In this document: positions 47,921-58,233 of the stretch, in pieces
How the letters are laid out: every line of letters begins with the position of its first letter
Numbering within the stretch: the stretch's first letter is position 1
Notes under the pieces: generated by a model
The model's database searches: none
What the model was told of the DNA's origin: nothing
What the model saw: only the letters and a program-made list of their open reading frames with translations
Program-made: the position numbers and the translations under genes
Assembly: GCA_002477805.1 (NCBI GenBank)
Contig: DLKQ01000038.1
Span: 11,476 to 75,475 of the forward strand
Length of the DNA stretch: 64,000 nt
DNA from: Christensenella sp. UBA7584
GTDB lineage: Bacteria > Bacillota > Clostridia > Christensenellales > UBA1242
Reading direction: 5' to 3'

Positions 47921-49072
47921 CTATATTTCAATCACTTGTTCACTACTTAAACACTCATCAACAAGAGTCTGAACATCAATTTTGGATTCTTCCTCTTCAA
48001 CCTTTTCAATTTGTGGTTTCGTTATAGGATTTTTAGGTAAGAAAATAGTACAACAATCTTCATATGGAAGTATTGAAATGTCATATGTGCCTATTTTCTT
48101 AGCTACATCAATTATATCCAATTTATCAAAACCAATTAGTGGTCTAAAAACAGGTGTTGAAACCACACTATTTGTTGCTGTAATACTTTCAATTGTTTGA
48201 CTTGCAACCTGAGCTAAATTTTCGCCTGTTATAATTGCTTTTGCATTTATTTTAGTCGCAAGTTTTTCGGCAACGCGCATCATTATTCTTCTCATTATTA
48301 TAATCATATAATCATTGTTGCATTTTTTGTTAATTTCTTCTTGAACTTTTGTAAAAGACAATATATGTAAATTTATTTTTCCTGAATATATTGATATTTT
48401 TTTTGCTAGCTCTATGACTTTGTCTCGTGCTTTTTCACTTGTGTATGGAAAACTATGAAAGTGTATTGCATCTATCCTCATTCCCCTTCTCGCAAGATAA
48501 TAGGCAGCAACAGGACTATCTATTCCACCACTTAGGAGAACAAGCCCCTTTCCAGCTGTGCCCACCGGCATTCCGCCAACGCATTTTATTGTATTTGATG
48601 AAATGTAAGTAAACCCATCTTCGCGAATATCAATATTAACAACCACTTTAGGATTATGTACATCAACTTTTATGTTAGGGTTTGCTTTGCAAATTTCATC
48701 ACCACAAAGACAAGCAAAATCCATAGATTTAATTGGAAATCTTTTGTCAGCCCTTCTAACTTCTACTTTAAAACTTTCAAAATTAAGTTTTATTCCCCTA
48801 CAAAAGTCTAAAATTGTTTCTGCTTGTGTTTCCATTTTGTGAGCAACGCTAAGAGAATGTAAACCAAAAACCTTGCTCACTCTATCACAAAGAGTATTTT
48901 CATCATTATTATCATATTCATACAAACAAATTCTTCCAGCAATTTTTTTTATTTTACATTTGAAATCAGAAATTGACTTTCTAATATTATCTAAAAGTAC
49001 TCTCTCAAAGAAACCTCGATTATCGCCTTTTAGAAAAATTTCACCATATCTTAATAAAATTACTTTTTCCAT
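47921..49072 (-). CDS. thiI: tRNA 4-thiouridine(8) synthase ThiI
   Basis: THUMP domain followed by the PP-loop LLSGGIDSPVA. Confidence 0.92.
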   Translation of the reverse strand: MEKVILLRYGEIFLKGDNRGFFERVLLDNIRKSISDFKCKIKKIAGRICLYEYDNNDENTLCDRVSKVFGLHSLSVAHKMETQAETILDFCRGIKLNFESFKVEVRRADKRFPIKSMDFACLCGDEICKANPNIKVDVHNPKVVVNIDIREDGFTYISSNTIKCVGGMPVGTAGKGLVLLSGGIDSPVAAYYLARRGMRIDAIHFHSFPYTSEKARDKVIELAKKISIYSGKINLHILSFTKVQEEINKKCNNDYMIIIMRRIMMRVAEKLATKINAKAIITGENLAQVASQTIESITATNSVVSTPVFRPLIGFDKLDIIDVAKKIGTYDISILPYEDCCTIFLPKNPITKPQIEKVEEEESKIDVQTLVDECLSSEQVIEI

Positions 49073-50202
49073 ATACCCAATTCCTTAAGTTTAATTAAGT
49101 TCTTTTCCAAAATGTCTGCAAATTTAAACACTTCTTCTAAAGTGTTTTGCTCACAAAAACTTATCCTGATATTACCCTCTTCTTCTGCTTTAGTCTTTCC
49201 CATTCCAAATAGTGTTCTATTTCCAGTGTGTTTTGAATTACACGATGAACCTGTACTAATATACACTTCATCAGCTTCAAGCATATGAACAAGTACTTCT
49301 CCCCTAATTCCACCAAAACTCAAGCTAAGAATATTAGGAAGCGTGTTTTTTACATTACCATTTATTGTGAATGGTAAATGACTTATTTTTTCAAGCAAAG
49401 AACTCTTTAAATTTTGAATATGACTTGTATTTCTTTCCAAATTTTGAAACATTATTTTACTAGCCATCACAAAGCCTAAAATTCCTATTGAATTCTCTGT
49501 GCCCGAACGAACCCCACTTTCTTGCCCACCACCAAAAATCAGAGGTTTTGGGGAAAGCCTTTCGTTAAACACAAGAGCTCCAACACCTTTAGGCCCGTGA
49601 ATTTTGTGGCTACTTACTGTGTAAAGATCAATACCTAAGTTTGATAACCCAACTGGCATTTTACAAAAGGCCTGAACACCATCAAAATGAACAAGTGAAT
49701 TGGGGCATTTAGCCTTCACTATTTGAGAGATTTTCTTTGCATCATTAACAGCACCTGTTTCGTTACTCGCGTGAATAAAAGATACTAGTCCGACATCATT
49801 AGTAAGTTTTTTCTCAAGGTCATCTAGATTCAAAGTGCCATCATTATTTAGTTTTACAAACTCAACTTGTGTGTTGTTGCTTTTAAGGTACATTGCAGTC
49901 TCAAATACAGACGAATGTTCCCCCTCACTTACTAATATCTTTTGATTTTTTTTAATAAAACACCTTAAAGCATAATTATTTGCCTCAGTCGCACTTGCCG
50001 TAAACAAAACTTTATGACTATTTGCACCCAAAACTTTTAACAAATCTTTCCTAGCTGATAAAATGTCATTAAATACTTTAATACTTGGCTTGTATATTCC
50101 TGATGGGTTAAAATAATTTTCTTTTTCATATTTTAGCATAAATTCAGCAACTTCAGGATAAAGTTTTGTTGTTGCTGAGTTATCAAAATAAATCATAATC
50201 AC
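49060..50202 (-). CDS. Cysteine desulfurase (NifS/IscS-like)
   Basis: PLP-lysine motif SSHKIHGPKG and catalytic Cys loop GSSCNS. It overlaps thiI by 13 nt. Confidence 0.9.
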   Translation of the reverse strand: MIMIYFDNSATTKLYPEVAEFMLKYEKENYFNPSGIYKPSIKVFNDILSARKDLLKVLGANSHKVLFTASATEANNYALRCFIKKNQKILVSEGEHSSVFETAMYLKSNNTQVEFVKLNNDGTLNLDDLEKKLTNDVGLVSFIHASNETGAVNDAKKISQIVKAKCPNSLVHFDGVQAFCKMPVGLSNLGIDLYTVSSHKIHGPKGVGALVFNERLSPKPLIFGGGQESGVRSGTENSIGILGFVMASKIMFQNLERNTSHIQNLKSSLLEKISHLPFTINGNVKNTLPNILSLSFGGIRGEVLVHMLEADEVYISTGSSCNSKHTGNRTLFGMGKTKAEEEGNIRISFCEQNTLEEVFKFADILEKNLIKLKELGIWKK

Positions 50203-52574
50203 TCCCTTAATTTTGCTTTATATTTTGTTTTCATATCTGCCAAAATTTTTTCTACTTGTAAATTTACCTCTTCTTGGGTAAGTGTCCCATCTGTTTTTCT
50301 GAAAACAAGTTTTACAGCAATACTTTTTTCATCCTTTCCAACTTGTTCACCTTGGTAAATATCAAAAAGTTCAACATCTTCACATAGTGTCCCAGCTGAT
50401 TTTTTGATAACTTCGATTATTTCACCAACAGGAATATCAACATTTAAAACAAACGCAAAATCTCTTGTGGAAGATGGGAATTTTGCTGGAGGTTTTACTT
50501 TTTTTACTTTTTTGTCTGGTAAACCCTCAAGACAAATTTCAAAATAGTAACAATCCTTTGAAATTTCATATTTGCCTAAAACTTTTGGATGAACTTTACC
50601 AATAGTTCCTATTTTTTTGTTCGCCCACATAATATCAGCACAAATGTTTGGATGAAATCCATAATTATTTGCTTGCTTGTAAGAAAATACAAGACCAATA
50701 TTTTGGGCGACCAATTCAACTATAGCTTTTACAGTGAAAAAATCGTCCTTTTGATTTGTTGTTATATAGCTCAAAACCTCTTTTTCTATTGGAAATTCTT
50801 CATTTGCAAAAAATACCTTTCCTATTTCAAATAGTGAAAAATTTGTATTTTTGTGATTTATGTTATATTTGACAGCAGACAAAACAGAAGAGAGCATTTG
50901 AGTTCTCATAACCGACATTGAACTATTTAATGGATTGCGTATTCTAACTTGTTTTAAAAACTCATAGCAGTCTTGTGGCATTTCAATATTTTTTACACTC
51001 TCAGGTCCAATAAAAGTAAAAGTTTTAATTTCACTTGCACCTGTAGCAAGCATTAATTTTTTTAGTTCACAAGAAAGTTTGACAGCTTTTTGATAACCTC
51101 CGCTTATAGATGATGTGTTGAGATTGTGGCTTGAAGTAAGTTTATCGAACCCATAGTAACGAATTATTTCTTCTGCAATATCTGAAAAGTTTTCTATATC
51201 AGTTCTTTCCGCTGGAATACCACACTTTAATACCCTATTTTCATAACTTGTCTTAATGCCAAGTTTGTTTAAAATTTTAACAGAATTTTCATATGGAATT
51301 TCAATTCCAAGCCACTTTTGTATTCTGTCATAATCAAATTGAAGCCACTTAACTATATTCTCTACTTCACTAGTCTTATGCACAGTTTTTGCAACTTTAC
51401 CGCACCCCACTTGTTCAAAAAGGGTCAACGCACGCTTTAGTCCCAATTCACATCCAACAGGCTCAACTCCTCTCTCATACCTACCACTGGCATCAGTTCT
51501 TAGCCCAATCCCTCTAGATGTTTTCCTTATTGTTTCTTTTTTAAAACTAGCACTTTCAATTACAATATCTCGAGTATTTTCATTTATTGAAAAATCCTTG
51601 CCACCCATTACTCCAGCGAGTCCCATTGCATTAGATGAATTAGCAATTACAACATCATTTTCAGTTAACTCATATTCATTACCATTAAGAAGTGTAATCT
51701 TTTCGCCATTTTCAGCTTGCCTTACTATAATAGTATTTCCAGAAATACTTGAATAGTCATAAGCGTGAAGAGGTTGCCCAATTTCACATAGAACATAATT
51801 GGTAATATCAACTATAATGTTATGAGGTACAAGACCAACCGACCTTAATCTAGCCTGAATCCATTTTGGAGACTCTGTTAACTTTACATCTCTAACAATT
51901 CCCGCTAAAAAACATTTACAATTTTCTGTTTTAGATTGTAACTTTAAAGGTAAATCATCGCCTATAGCATTAAAATCAAGCTTTGGATACTTGAATTCTC
52001 TATTAAATGCACAAGCCAGTTCTTTTGCAAGCCCCATCACACTTTGGCAATCAGGTCTATTTGCTAAAACATTTACATCAAAAACAACATCATCAAGGCC
52101 TAACACCTCTGCAATAGGTTGACCAACTTTACAATCCTCAGGCTTTAAAATCATTATACCATCTGTTTCAGCTCCTTCATATACAGAGTTGTCTATACCA
52201 AGTTCTTCTCCAGCACACATCATTCCACAGGATTCAACACCACGCATATTTGTTGGTTTTATTTTAACACCATTTGCAAGGTCGGCACCTTCTAGAGCCA
52301 TAGGAACAAAATCGCCTTCCTTCATATTTGTTGCGTGTGTGATAATCTGATGAATTTTTTCTCCATCACTAATTGAGCATATCAAAAGTTTATCTGCGTT
52401 TGGATGTTTTACTATTTTTTCAATTTTTCCAACTACAACATTTTTTAATTTTTCGCTTTGGTCTTTATAACTCTCAATTTCAAATCCAGAAAAGGTAAAA
52501 GCATCAGCAATTTGTTTTGCACTAATACCTTCAAGATTGACAAAATCTTTTAACCATTTTAATGTAACAACCAT
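50199..52574 (-). CDS. pheT: Phenylalanine--tRNA ligase beta subunit
   Basis: About 790 aa with an N-terminal tRNA-binding domain, B3/B4 and B5 domains and a C-terminal FDX-ACB domain. It follows pheS. Confidence 0.95.
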   Translation of the reverse strand: MVVTLKWLKDFVNLEGISAKQIADAFTFSGFEIESYKDQSEKLKNVVVGKIEKIVKHPNADKLLICSISDGEKIHQIITHATNMKEGDFVPMALEGADLANGVKIKPTNMRGVESCGMMCAGEELGIDNSVYEGAETDGIMILKPEDCKVGQPIAEVLGLDDVVFDVNVLANRPDCQSVMGLAKELACAFNREFKYPKLDFNAIGDDLPLKLQSKTENCKCFLAGIVRDVKLTESPKWIQARLRSVGLVPHNIIVDITNYVLCEIGQPLHAYDYSSISGNTIIVRQAENGEKITLLNGNEYELTENDVVIANSSNAMGLAGVMGGKDFSINENTRDIVIESASFKKETIRKTSRGIGLRTDASGRYERGVEPVGCELGLKRALTLFEQVGCGKVAKTVHKTSEVENIVKWLQFDYDRIQKWLGIEIPYENSVKILNKLGIKTSYENRVLKCGIPAERTDIENFSDIAEEIIRYYGFDKLTSSHNLNTSSISGGYQKAVKLSCELKKLMLATGASEIKTFTFIGPESVKNIEMPQDCYEFLKQVRIRNPLNSSMSVMRTQMLSSVLSAVKYNINHKNTNFSLFEIGKVFFANEEFPIEKEVLSYITTNQKDDFFTVKAIVELVAQNIGLVFSYKQANNYGFHPNICADIMWANKKIGTIGKVHPKVLGKYEISKDCYYFEICLEGLPDKKVKKVKPPAKFPSSTRDFAFVLNVDIPVGEIIEVIKKSAGTLCEDVELFDIYQGEQVGKDEKSIAVKLVFRKTDGTLTQEEVNLQVEKILADMKTKYKAKLRE

Positions 52575-52584
52575 TTTATTTCTC

Positions 52585-53607
52585 CTACTTAAATTGTTTT
52601 AAAAAATTGACATCATTTTCATAAAATTCACGCATATCATTCACGCCATAACGAAGCATTGTCATTCTTTCTATTCCCATTCCAACAGCATATCCGGCAT
52701 ATTTTGTTGAATCAATATTATGCTTTTCCAAAATCTTTGGGTTTACCATTCCGCACCCTAAAAGTTCAATCCAACCTGTTCCCTTACAAAGACCACAACC
52801 TTTTCCCTTACAATGTGGGCAAGTTGCATCTACTTCAGCACTTGGCTCAGTAAAAGGAAAATAGGAAGGCCTCAATCTTATTTGTGTTTTTTCTCCAAAT
52901 AAAAATTTAGCTATATCTTCAATCATTCCTTTAAGGTCAGACATAGAAACATTTTCATCAACAACCAAAATTTCTAATTGATGGAAAAATGGAGAGTGAG
53001 TTCCATCTATTTCATCTACTCTATAAGCAGAACCTGTCGAAACCATTTTAATTGGTGGTTTTTCAGTTTCAAACGTGTGTATTTGTGTAGCTGAAGTATG
53101 TGTTCTCAAAACAATTTCATCATTAATATAAAAAGTATCTTGAGAATCTCTTGCTGGGTGATTTTTAGGAACGTTTAAAGCCTCAAAACAATAATAATCT
53201 GTTTCAATGTCTGTACCTGATTTAATAGTAAAGCCTCGAGACACAAAAAAATCCATTAGAAGCATTTGTGTTTGTGTTATAGGGTGCAGTGTACCAAATT
53301 CACGCGGTTTAACAGGTATTGTTACATCAATTTTTTCAGATTGTAATTTTTCCAAAAGTTCAGCTTCATCAATTTCATCTGTTTTCTTCCTTAAAAGTAA
53401 ACTAATTTCTTCTCTGCATTTGTTTAGCACAGCTCCCATCTTTGCTCGTTTTTCAGGTAAAAGGTCTTTTAGTTTTTTCATTAGCAAGCTCAATTTCCCG
53501 TTCTTTCCCAAAATCTGAGTATTAATGGCAAATAATTCTTGCTTTGTTGTAGCTTTATTTATTGACTCTACCGTTTCTGTAAGTATTTCATTTGTTGTGT
53601 TTTCCAT
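52585..53607 (-). CDS. pheS: Phenylalanine--tRNA ligase alpha subunit
   Basis: Class II motifs including HPARD, FPFTEPS and GMGIERM. Confidence 0.95.
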   Translation of the reverse strand: MENTTNEILTETVESINKATTKQELFAINTQILGKNGKLSLLMKKLKDLLPEKRAKMGAVLNKCREEISLLLRKKTDEIDEAELLEKLQSEKIDVTIPVKPREFGTLHPITQTQMLLMDFFVSRGFTIKSGTDIETDYYCFEALNVPKNHPARDSQDTFYINDEIVLRTHTSATQIHTFETEKPPIKMVSTGSAYRVDEIDGTHSPFFHQLEILVVDENVSMSDLKGMIEDIAKFLFGEKTQIRLRPSYFPFTEPSAEVDATCPHCKGKGCGLCKGTGWIELLGCGMVNPKILEKHNIDSTKYAGYAVGMGIERMTMLRYGVNDMREFYENDVNFLKQFK

Positions 53608-53624
53608 ATTTATCTCCTTTTAAC

Positions 53625-53865
53625 AAAAAACTCCGCCCTAAACCTTAGGACGAAGTATCTCCGTGTTACCACCTAAATTCTTTCTTATCAAAGAAAGCAC
53701 TTAATTTAAGCTATGTCGTTGCCAACGCTCTGTCTACTACTATTTCAACAAAGTGCTAGAAAGTGAATTCATATCGCCGTTTTAGAAGCATCTCAGCCAC
53801 CGCCTCTCTCTGTATAAAACTAAATGATATTACTAGTCTTTCATCTTCGCATTTATTTAATTACA
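53625..53865 (-). promoter_or_regulatory. T-box leader (Phe specifier UUC) controlling pheST
   Basis: On the minus strand: AGAGAG and GGTGGCTGAGA in stem I; candidate specifier UUC-A (53767-53765); T-box sequence AATTTAGGTGGTAACACGG (53679-53661); terminator CGTCCTAAGG..TTAGGGCGG followed by TTTTTT. Confidence 0.85.
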
Positions 53866-53871
53866 TATAGT

Positions 53872-53900
53872 ATTATAAATGCTTTTTTAAAGATTGTCAA
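53872..53900 (-). promoter_or_regulatory. SigA-type promoter of the pheST T-box leader
   Basis: Minus strand: TTGACA (53900-53895), 17-nt spacer, TATAAT (53877-53872). Confidence 0.75.
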
Positions 53901-53919
53901 CAATAATTAATAAAAAATT

Positions 53920-54591
53920 TTATGAAGGAATCAAGTTCATCATTTCATCTAGGCTATCAGAATTAAGATATGTTGAAGGTATTTCGCCTACTAATATTGC
54001 TTCGCAAATCAAAATGTGACTATTTACAACAATTGTTCTACTAGCAGTCGGCAAAATTAAATTAACAGTGGTTTCAATGTTAAGGTATATTCTATGATTT
54101 GTTTGGTTTATACCCGCACTCATAAATTCACTACTAAACTTTGAACTGATTGTAGAAATCGCCGTAACATTGAATGTAACCTCTGGGCCCATTCCCACAA
54201 AAACTGAAATACCTGAAAGAGTACCAAGTGGTATAGCAACACCCTCACTACTTATTAAATCCAAGTTTTGATTGGCAACTTTTCCAACTTCTTTTGACAA
54301 TTTGTTTGCCATAAGGCTTTTTACTTGAATAAACACAATTTTATCTTCTTTGTCAGTAATTATCTCAATAAGGTCATCATAGACATTATTTTCATTTATT
54401 ACCGTTTGAACTGCAGAGTTTACAGCTCTTGATGTTAGGGATTTTATTTTTGCCTCACTAGTTTCGATAATTACAGGGTTTACACAAGATGTAAAAAACA
54501 AAAAAACTAAAATTAGCACTAATAATATATTAATTAGCGCAAACATTAGCCTTGTTTTAAATTTGAATTTGTGTTGCTTTTTAATTCGCAT
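53920..54591 (-). CDS. yunB: Sporulation protein YunB
   Basis: N-terminal TM helix. The block AIPLGTLSG...GMGPEV.F......ISSKF....SAGINQT...IYL.IE..V.LILP....T..V.....I.EA.LVGE.P..Y matches my recollection of B. subtilis YunB. Confidence 0.75.
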   Translation of the reverse strand: MRIKKQHKFKFKTRLMFALINILLVLILVFLFFTSCVNPVIIETSEAKIKSLTSRAVNSAVQTVINENNVYDDLIEIITDKEDKIVFIQVKSLMANKLSKEVGKVANQNLDLISSEGVAIPLGTLSGISVFVGMGPEVTFNVTAISTISSKFSSEFMSAGINQTNHRIYLNIETTVNLILPTASRTIVVNSHILICEAILVGEIPSTYLNSDSLDEMMNLIPS

Positions 54592-54639
54592 AAAATAATA
54601 TATGCTTTCAAGGAAAAAATGTTAACAAACTTTTAATTC

Positions 54640-55008
54640 TTATTTTTTAGTTCGACTATTAAAAATTAATGCAACTATAAATGCAATCACAACCGCCGCA
54701 GCTATTCCACCAGCAACAGACTCTAGTCCTCCCTTTATAACACCAATCAAGCCCTCCGTTTGCCCTCCAGAAATAGCACCTTTTGCTAAATTATACCCGA
54801 ATCCCATAATTGGAACAGTGACACCACTGCCAGCAAATTCCTTCATTGGTTCAAAAACATTTATTGCTTGCAAAAACACTCCCAAAATTAGAAAGGTAAC
54901 TAAAATTCTTGCACTTGTCATCTTTGTTGTAATTATTAATATTTGACCAATCAAACAGATAAGACCACCAATTGCAAAAACTTTAAGATACATCAAAGCA
55001 TCAAACAT
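54640..55008 (-). CDS. spoVAE: Stage V sporulation protein AE
   Basis: About 120-aa multi-TM protein immediately after spoVAD, with a TAATG junction. SpoVAC/AE family pattern. Confidence 0.85.
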   Translation of the reverse strand: MFDALMYLKVFAIGGLICLIGQILIITTKMTSARILVTFLILGVFLQAINVFEPMKEFAGSGVTVPIMGFGYNLAKGAISGGQTEGLIGVIKGGLESVAGGIAAAVVIAFIVALIFNSRTKK

Positions 55009-56015
55009 TATTTACCTCCTTCTAGCACTATTAAATGCGCTATTCCTGGAATACTATCTCCTTGCTGACTAGAAAGAGTACTCATTAATGCACCAGTAGC
55101 AACAACAATAACTTTTTTCAACTTTCCAGCCCTTATTCTTTGTACAACATATGAATTAAGTATGCTAGCCACACATCCGCACCCACTTCCACCTTGAAAC
55201 ACTTTTTGGCTATTTGTAAACATCATTTGTCCACAATCGCTATAATTGTTTCCAAGTTTGTATCCTCTGAATTCAAGTAAATCACGCAAAACTTCACTCC
55301 CAAGTTTGCCTAAATCACCAGTCAAAATCAAATCATAATCATCTGGTTTGGTATTGGTGTCTTGAAAAAATGTATAAAGAGTTTCGAGTGCGGCAGGTGC
55401 CATAGCACCACCCATATTATTTACATCAGAAACATTCCAATCAACGACTTTTCCTATAGTTGATTTAGTTATTCTAACTGAAGATTTTGTCTTTGAAAGA
55501 ATAGCACATCCAGAACCCGTTACAGTCCACTGAGAAGTTGGTGGTCTTTGCGTACCGAGTTCTAAGGGATACCTAAATTGTTTTTCTGCACTAGAAAAAT
55601 GACTACCTGAAGCACAAGCAACATTTTTGAAAAAATTTCCGTCTATAAGCATAGAACCAACAATTAAACTTTCCACCATTGTACTACAAGCACCAAAAAG
55701 TCCTAAAAACGGAATCTGTAACTCTCTTGCCGTAAAGTTGGAACTAATAATTTGGTTCATCAAATCACCAGCAAGTAGAACATCAATATCATCTCTTAAA
55801 AGTCCACACGAAGCTATAGCCCCCTCTACGGCACTTAAAAACATCTTCCTCTCTGCCTTTTCATAACTAGACTGCCCATACTTGTCATCTTTTAATGTTT
55901 CGTCAAAAAATTTTGCAAAATTTCCATTTGCCTCTTTTGGTCCAACAATAGAATAATTACCAATCATATACGGAGGTTCATCAAATACAATTGTTTGTTT
56001 TCCGATTTTTTTCAT
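55008..56015 (-). CDS. spoVAD: Stage V sporulation protein AD
   Basis: The N-terminus GKQT.VF...P......SIVGPKE..G and a thiolase-like fold length. It lies between spoVAC and spoVAE. Confidence 0.9.
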   Translation of the reverse strand: MKKIGKQTIVFDEPPYMIGNYSIVGPKEANGNFAKFFDETLKDDKYGQSSYEKAERKMFLSAVEGAIASCGLLRDDIDVLLAGDLMNQIISSNFTARELQIPFLGLFGACSTMVESLIVGSMLIDGNFFKNVACASGSHFSSAEKQFRYPLELGTQRPPTSQWTVTGSGCAILSKTKSSVRITKSTIGKVVDWNVSDVNNMGGAMAPAALETLYTFFQDTNTKPDDYDLILTGDLGKLGSEVLRDLLEFRGYKLGNNYSDCGQMMFTNSQKVFQGGSGCGCVASILNSYVVQRIRAGKLKKVIVVATGALMSTLSSQQGDSIPGIAHLIVLEGGK

Positions 56016-56029
56016 TTACTGCCCCCCCT

Positions 56030-56476
56030 TTAAAAAATTAAATACAAAATACCTGCTATCGTACTAGCAACAAGTCCGCTAACAATAACCGGCCCAGCAA
56101 TTATAAACATTTTTGCACAAAGCCCAAAAATCAACCCCTCACGTTTAAACTCAAGTGCAGGGCTTGTTATGGAATTAGAAAAACCGCTAATAGGAATTAT
56201 TGAACCAGCACCTGCATAGGCACCCAGCCTATCATATACTCCAAATCCCGTCAGAATCGAAGCTAAAACAATGAGTATAATACTTTCCCAATTAGCCGCA
56301 GTAACGAGTGTCATATCAGGAAATAGAAGCACCAAAACATCTTTTATCGCCTCACCCAAACAACAAATAAGTCCGCCAATCCAAAATGCGTGAAAAAGAG
56401 ATGGCCATGGTTTTGTTTTAGGAATCTTGGATTGTAAATATTCATTATACTTTTTATCTCGCTCAAAAACTTCCAT
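56030..56476 (-). CDS. spoVAC: Stage V sporulation protein AC
   Basis: YL....PK......L..AF..GG.IC..G SpoVAC pattern. I place the start at ATG 56476, behind GGAGG. Confidence 0.88.
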   Translation of the reverse strand: MEVFERDKKYNEYLQSKIPKTKPWPSLFHAFWIGGLICCLGEAIKDVLVLLFPDMTLVTAANWESIILIVLASILTGFGVYDRLGAYAGAGSIIPISGFSNSITSPALEFKREGLIFGLCAKMFIIAGPVIVSGLVASTIAGILYLIF

Positions 56477-56530
56477 TATAACCTCCAAATGCAAATATTC
56501 CTGATTTTTAATAAAAAATACAAAGTTTTA

Positions 56531-56560
56531 TAAATATTTTTTAAAATTATGCTCATACTA
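56531..56560 (+). promoter_or_regulatory. Forespore sigma (SigG/SigF)-like promoter upstream of the N/T-rich protein gene
   Basis: TAAATA (vs GHATR), 17-nt spacer, CATACTA (exact match to the CATxHTA -10 as I recall it), then an AAGGAG RBS. Confidence 0.4.
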
Positions 56561-56589
56561 GCAGTAATTCTATTTTAAGGAGTAAATTT

Positions 56590-58179
56590 ATGAAAAAGAA
56601 AAAAATTGCAATTCTTTCACTAACTTTTGCTTGTGCACTTGCTTTTGGAGGTAGTACTCTAGTAACAGATAACCAAAGTGATGTACAAAATCAAATTTCT
56701 TCTAGCGTGGACAAACTAGAAACCTATGCCACAATGACGTACGATTGGTCAAATCCGCAAAATATGCTTTTAAACGGAGATTATTCTCTATTCTACAATA
56801 ATGGAAACTATTCTTTTCAAAACATTCGTGGTTTTATGATGTATGGTCACTATTCAACACCAAATCCTGGCAATCAAACACCAAATAGACCTGTTTACAC
56901 TGGTGATTTTAATAACAATACTTCTATGCAAAACATTGCAAGAAACAATACACAAAACACATATAATAAAGCAAATAATATTAATTCCAATAATGGATTA
57001 GCAAATAGTAATTTTATCGCAAATACAACAAGTTCGACACAAAATAATACAATTAGTAACACAGGACTTAATAGAACTCAAAACCTTAATAGAGGTGCTT
57101 ATGTTACAAATAATGGGCAAACAGTAAATATCCCACTCACACCTCATACATCATCAAATATGGCATCTAATAATGGAAACACTAATTCTAATCAAAATGT
57201 TAACACCTCCAATTCAAATACTAACACAATCACAGGCACAAATACAACTTATAACACTAACAACTCACAATCAGGTTTCAATACTAACACAACAATAAAT
57301 TCTCGAGCAAATACAAACACTTCTACCACTTCACCAATCACAAGTGGTAGCACAACTAGCAGTGTAGCACAAAACACAACGCAAACTACAGTTTCTAGAA
57401 GCTTAACTGACTACTCAGGCTCACTTCAAACAACAGGAAATTCTCTTTTAAGCAACATACAAAAAACAAAATCTATAATAAACACTTCTAACATAAACAA
57501 TCTTGACCAAGCACAAGTACGCTCTCTTCGTGCATACGCATACACATTAAACAACATTGCCAGAAAAGTTGAATTTGGAAACCAAGATTTCTTAAACAAT
57601 GTTTCAAGAATGTCTATTTTGCAGAGTGCGGATCAAAGTGAAGCTAATGCTTTAGAAGCTTGCAGACTTGATGTTAAAGCTACCCTAGCTAGCAGAATTG
57701 CACTTTTAGAGTGTGCGAACGAAGCATTAGTACAAATCAACAATATTTTAGGTCCAAATACCACAGTACAAAACTTAAACAGCTCAAAAACAATAAATTC
57801 TCAAAGCAGTACAACTTACAATAATAATCAAACAAACCTCACAACTAATACAACTAAAGAACAAAATGGAACTAACGTAGTAGTACCAAGTAACATTGTA
57901 GATAGAACAAGAAACACAACAACTTTAATGAATGGTACAAATAGTTCGACCGCTGTCACGACATCTGCCCCAAACATAAAGTGTGAAGATTGCGAGAAAA
58001 ACACAAAAATCTCTAACAAAATGAGAGCAGAGCCTCAAGAAACACAAATAAATGAACCAAACAAAGAAGAGCTTGAAAAATCCATTGCGCAGGAATTAAA
58101 TAAAAAGGATACAAAGGACATAAATGACAAAGGCTTTTTCAAAAAATTCAAGAGCTCAGAAAACAACGCTAGAAACTAA
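56590..58179 (+). CDS. Secreted low-complexity Asn/Thr/Ser-rich protein, function unknown
   Basis: N-terminal signal peptide MKKKKIAILSLTFACALAFGG. About 250 aa of N/T/S-rich low-complexity sequence, then a more ordinary C-terminal half and a K/E-rich tail. Confidence 0.7.
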   Translation: MKKKKIAILSLTFACALAFGGSTLVTDNQSDVQNQISSSVDKLETYATMTYDWSNPQNMLLNGDYSLFYNNGNYSFQNIRGFMMYGHYSTPNPGNQTPNRPVYTGDFNNNTSMQNIARNNTQNTYNKANNINSNNGLANSNFIANTTSSTQNNTISNTGLNRTQNLNRGAYVTNNGQTVNIPLTPHTSSNMASNNGNTNSNQNVNTSNSNTNTITGTNTTYNTNNSQSGFNTNTTINSRANTNTSTTSPITSGSTTSSVAQNTTQTTVSRSLTDYSGSLQTTGNSLLSNIQKTKSIINTSNINNLDQAQVRSLRAYAYTLNNIARKVEFGNQDFLNNVSRMSILQSADQSEANALEACRLDVKATLASRIALLECANEALVQINNILGPNTTVQNLNSSKTINSQSSTTYNNNQTNLTTNTTKEQNGTNVVVPSNIVDRTRNTTTLMNGTNSSTAVTTSAPNIKCEDCEKNTKISNKMRAEPQETQINEPNKEELEKSIAQELNKKDTKDINDKGFFKKFKSSENNARN

Positions 58180-58189
58180 ACAAAACTAA

Positions 58190-58214
58190 AAAGAAGCATT
58201 ATTGCTTCTTTTTT
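58190..58214. terminator. Bidirectional terminator
   Basis: AAGAAGCA-ttat-TGCTTCTT followed by TTTT, between converging genes. Confidence 0.8.
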
Positions 58215-58233
58215 ATTAACTTATATCAATCCA

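Noticed and set aside
56495-56530. SigG/SigF-type promoter for spoVAC on the minus strand
   Set aside because: The GGAATATT-like sequence upstream of the RBS is suggestive. I could not find a -35 and -10 pair with proper spacing, so no promoter is called.
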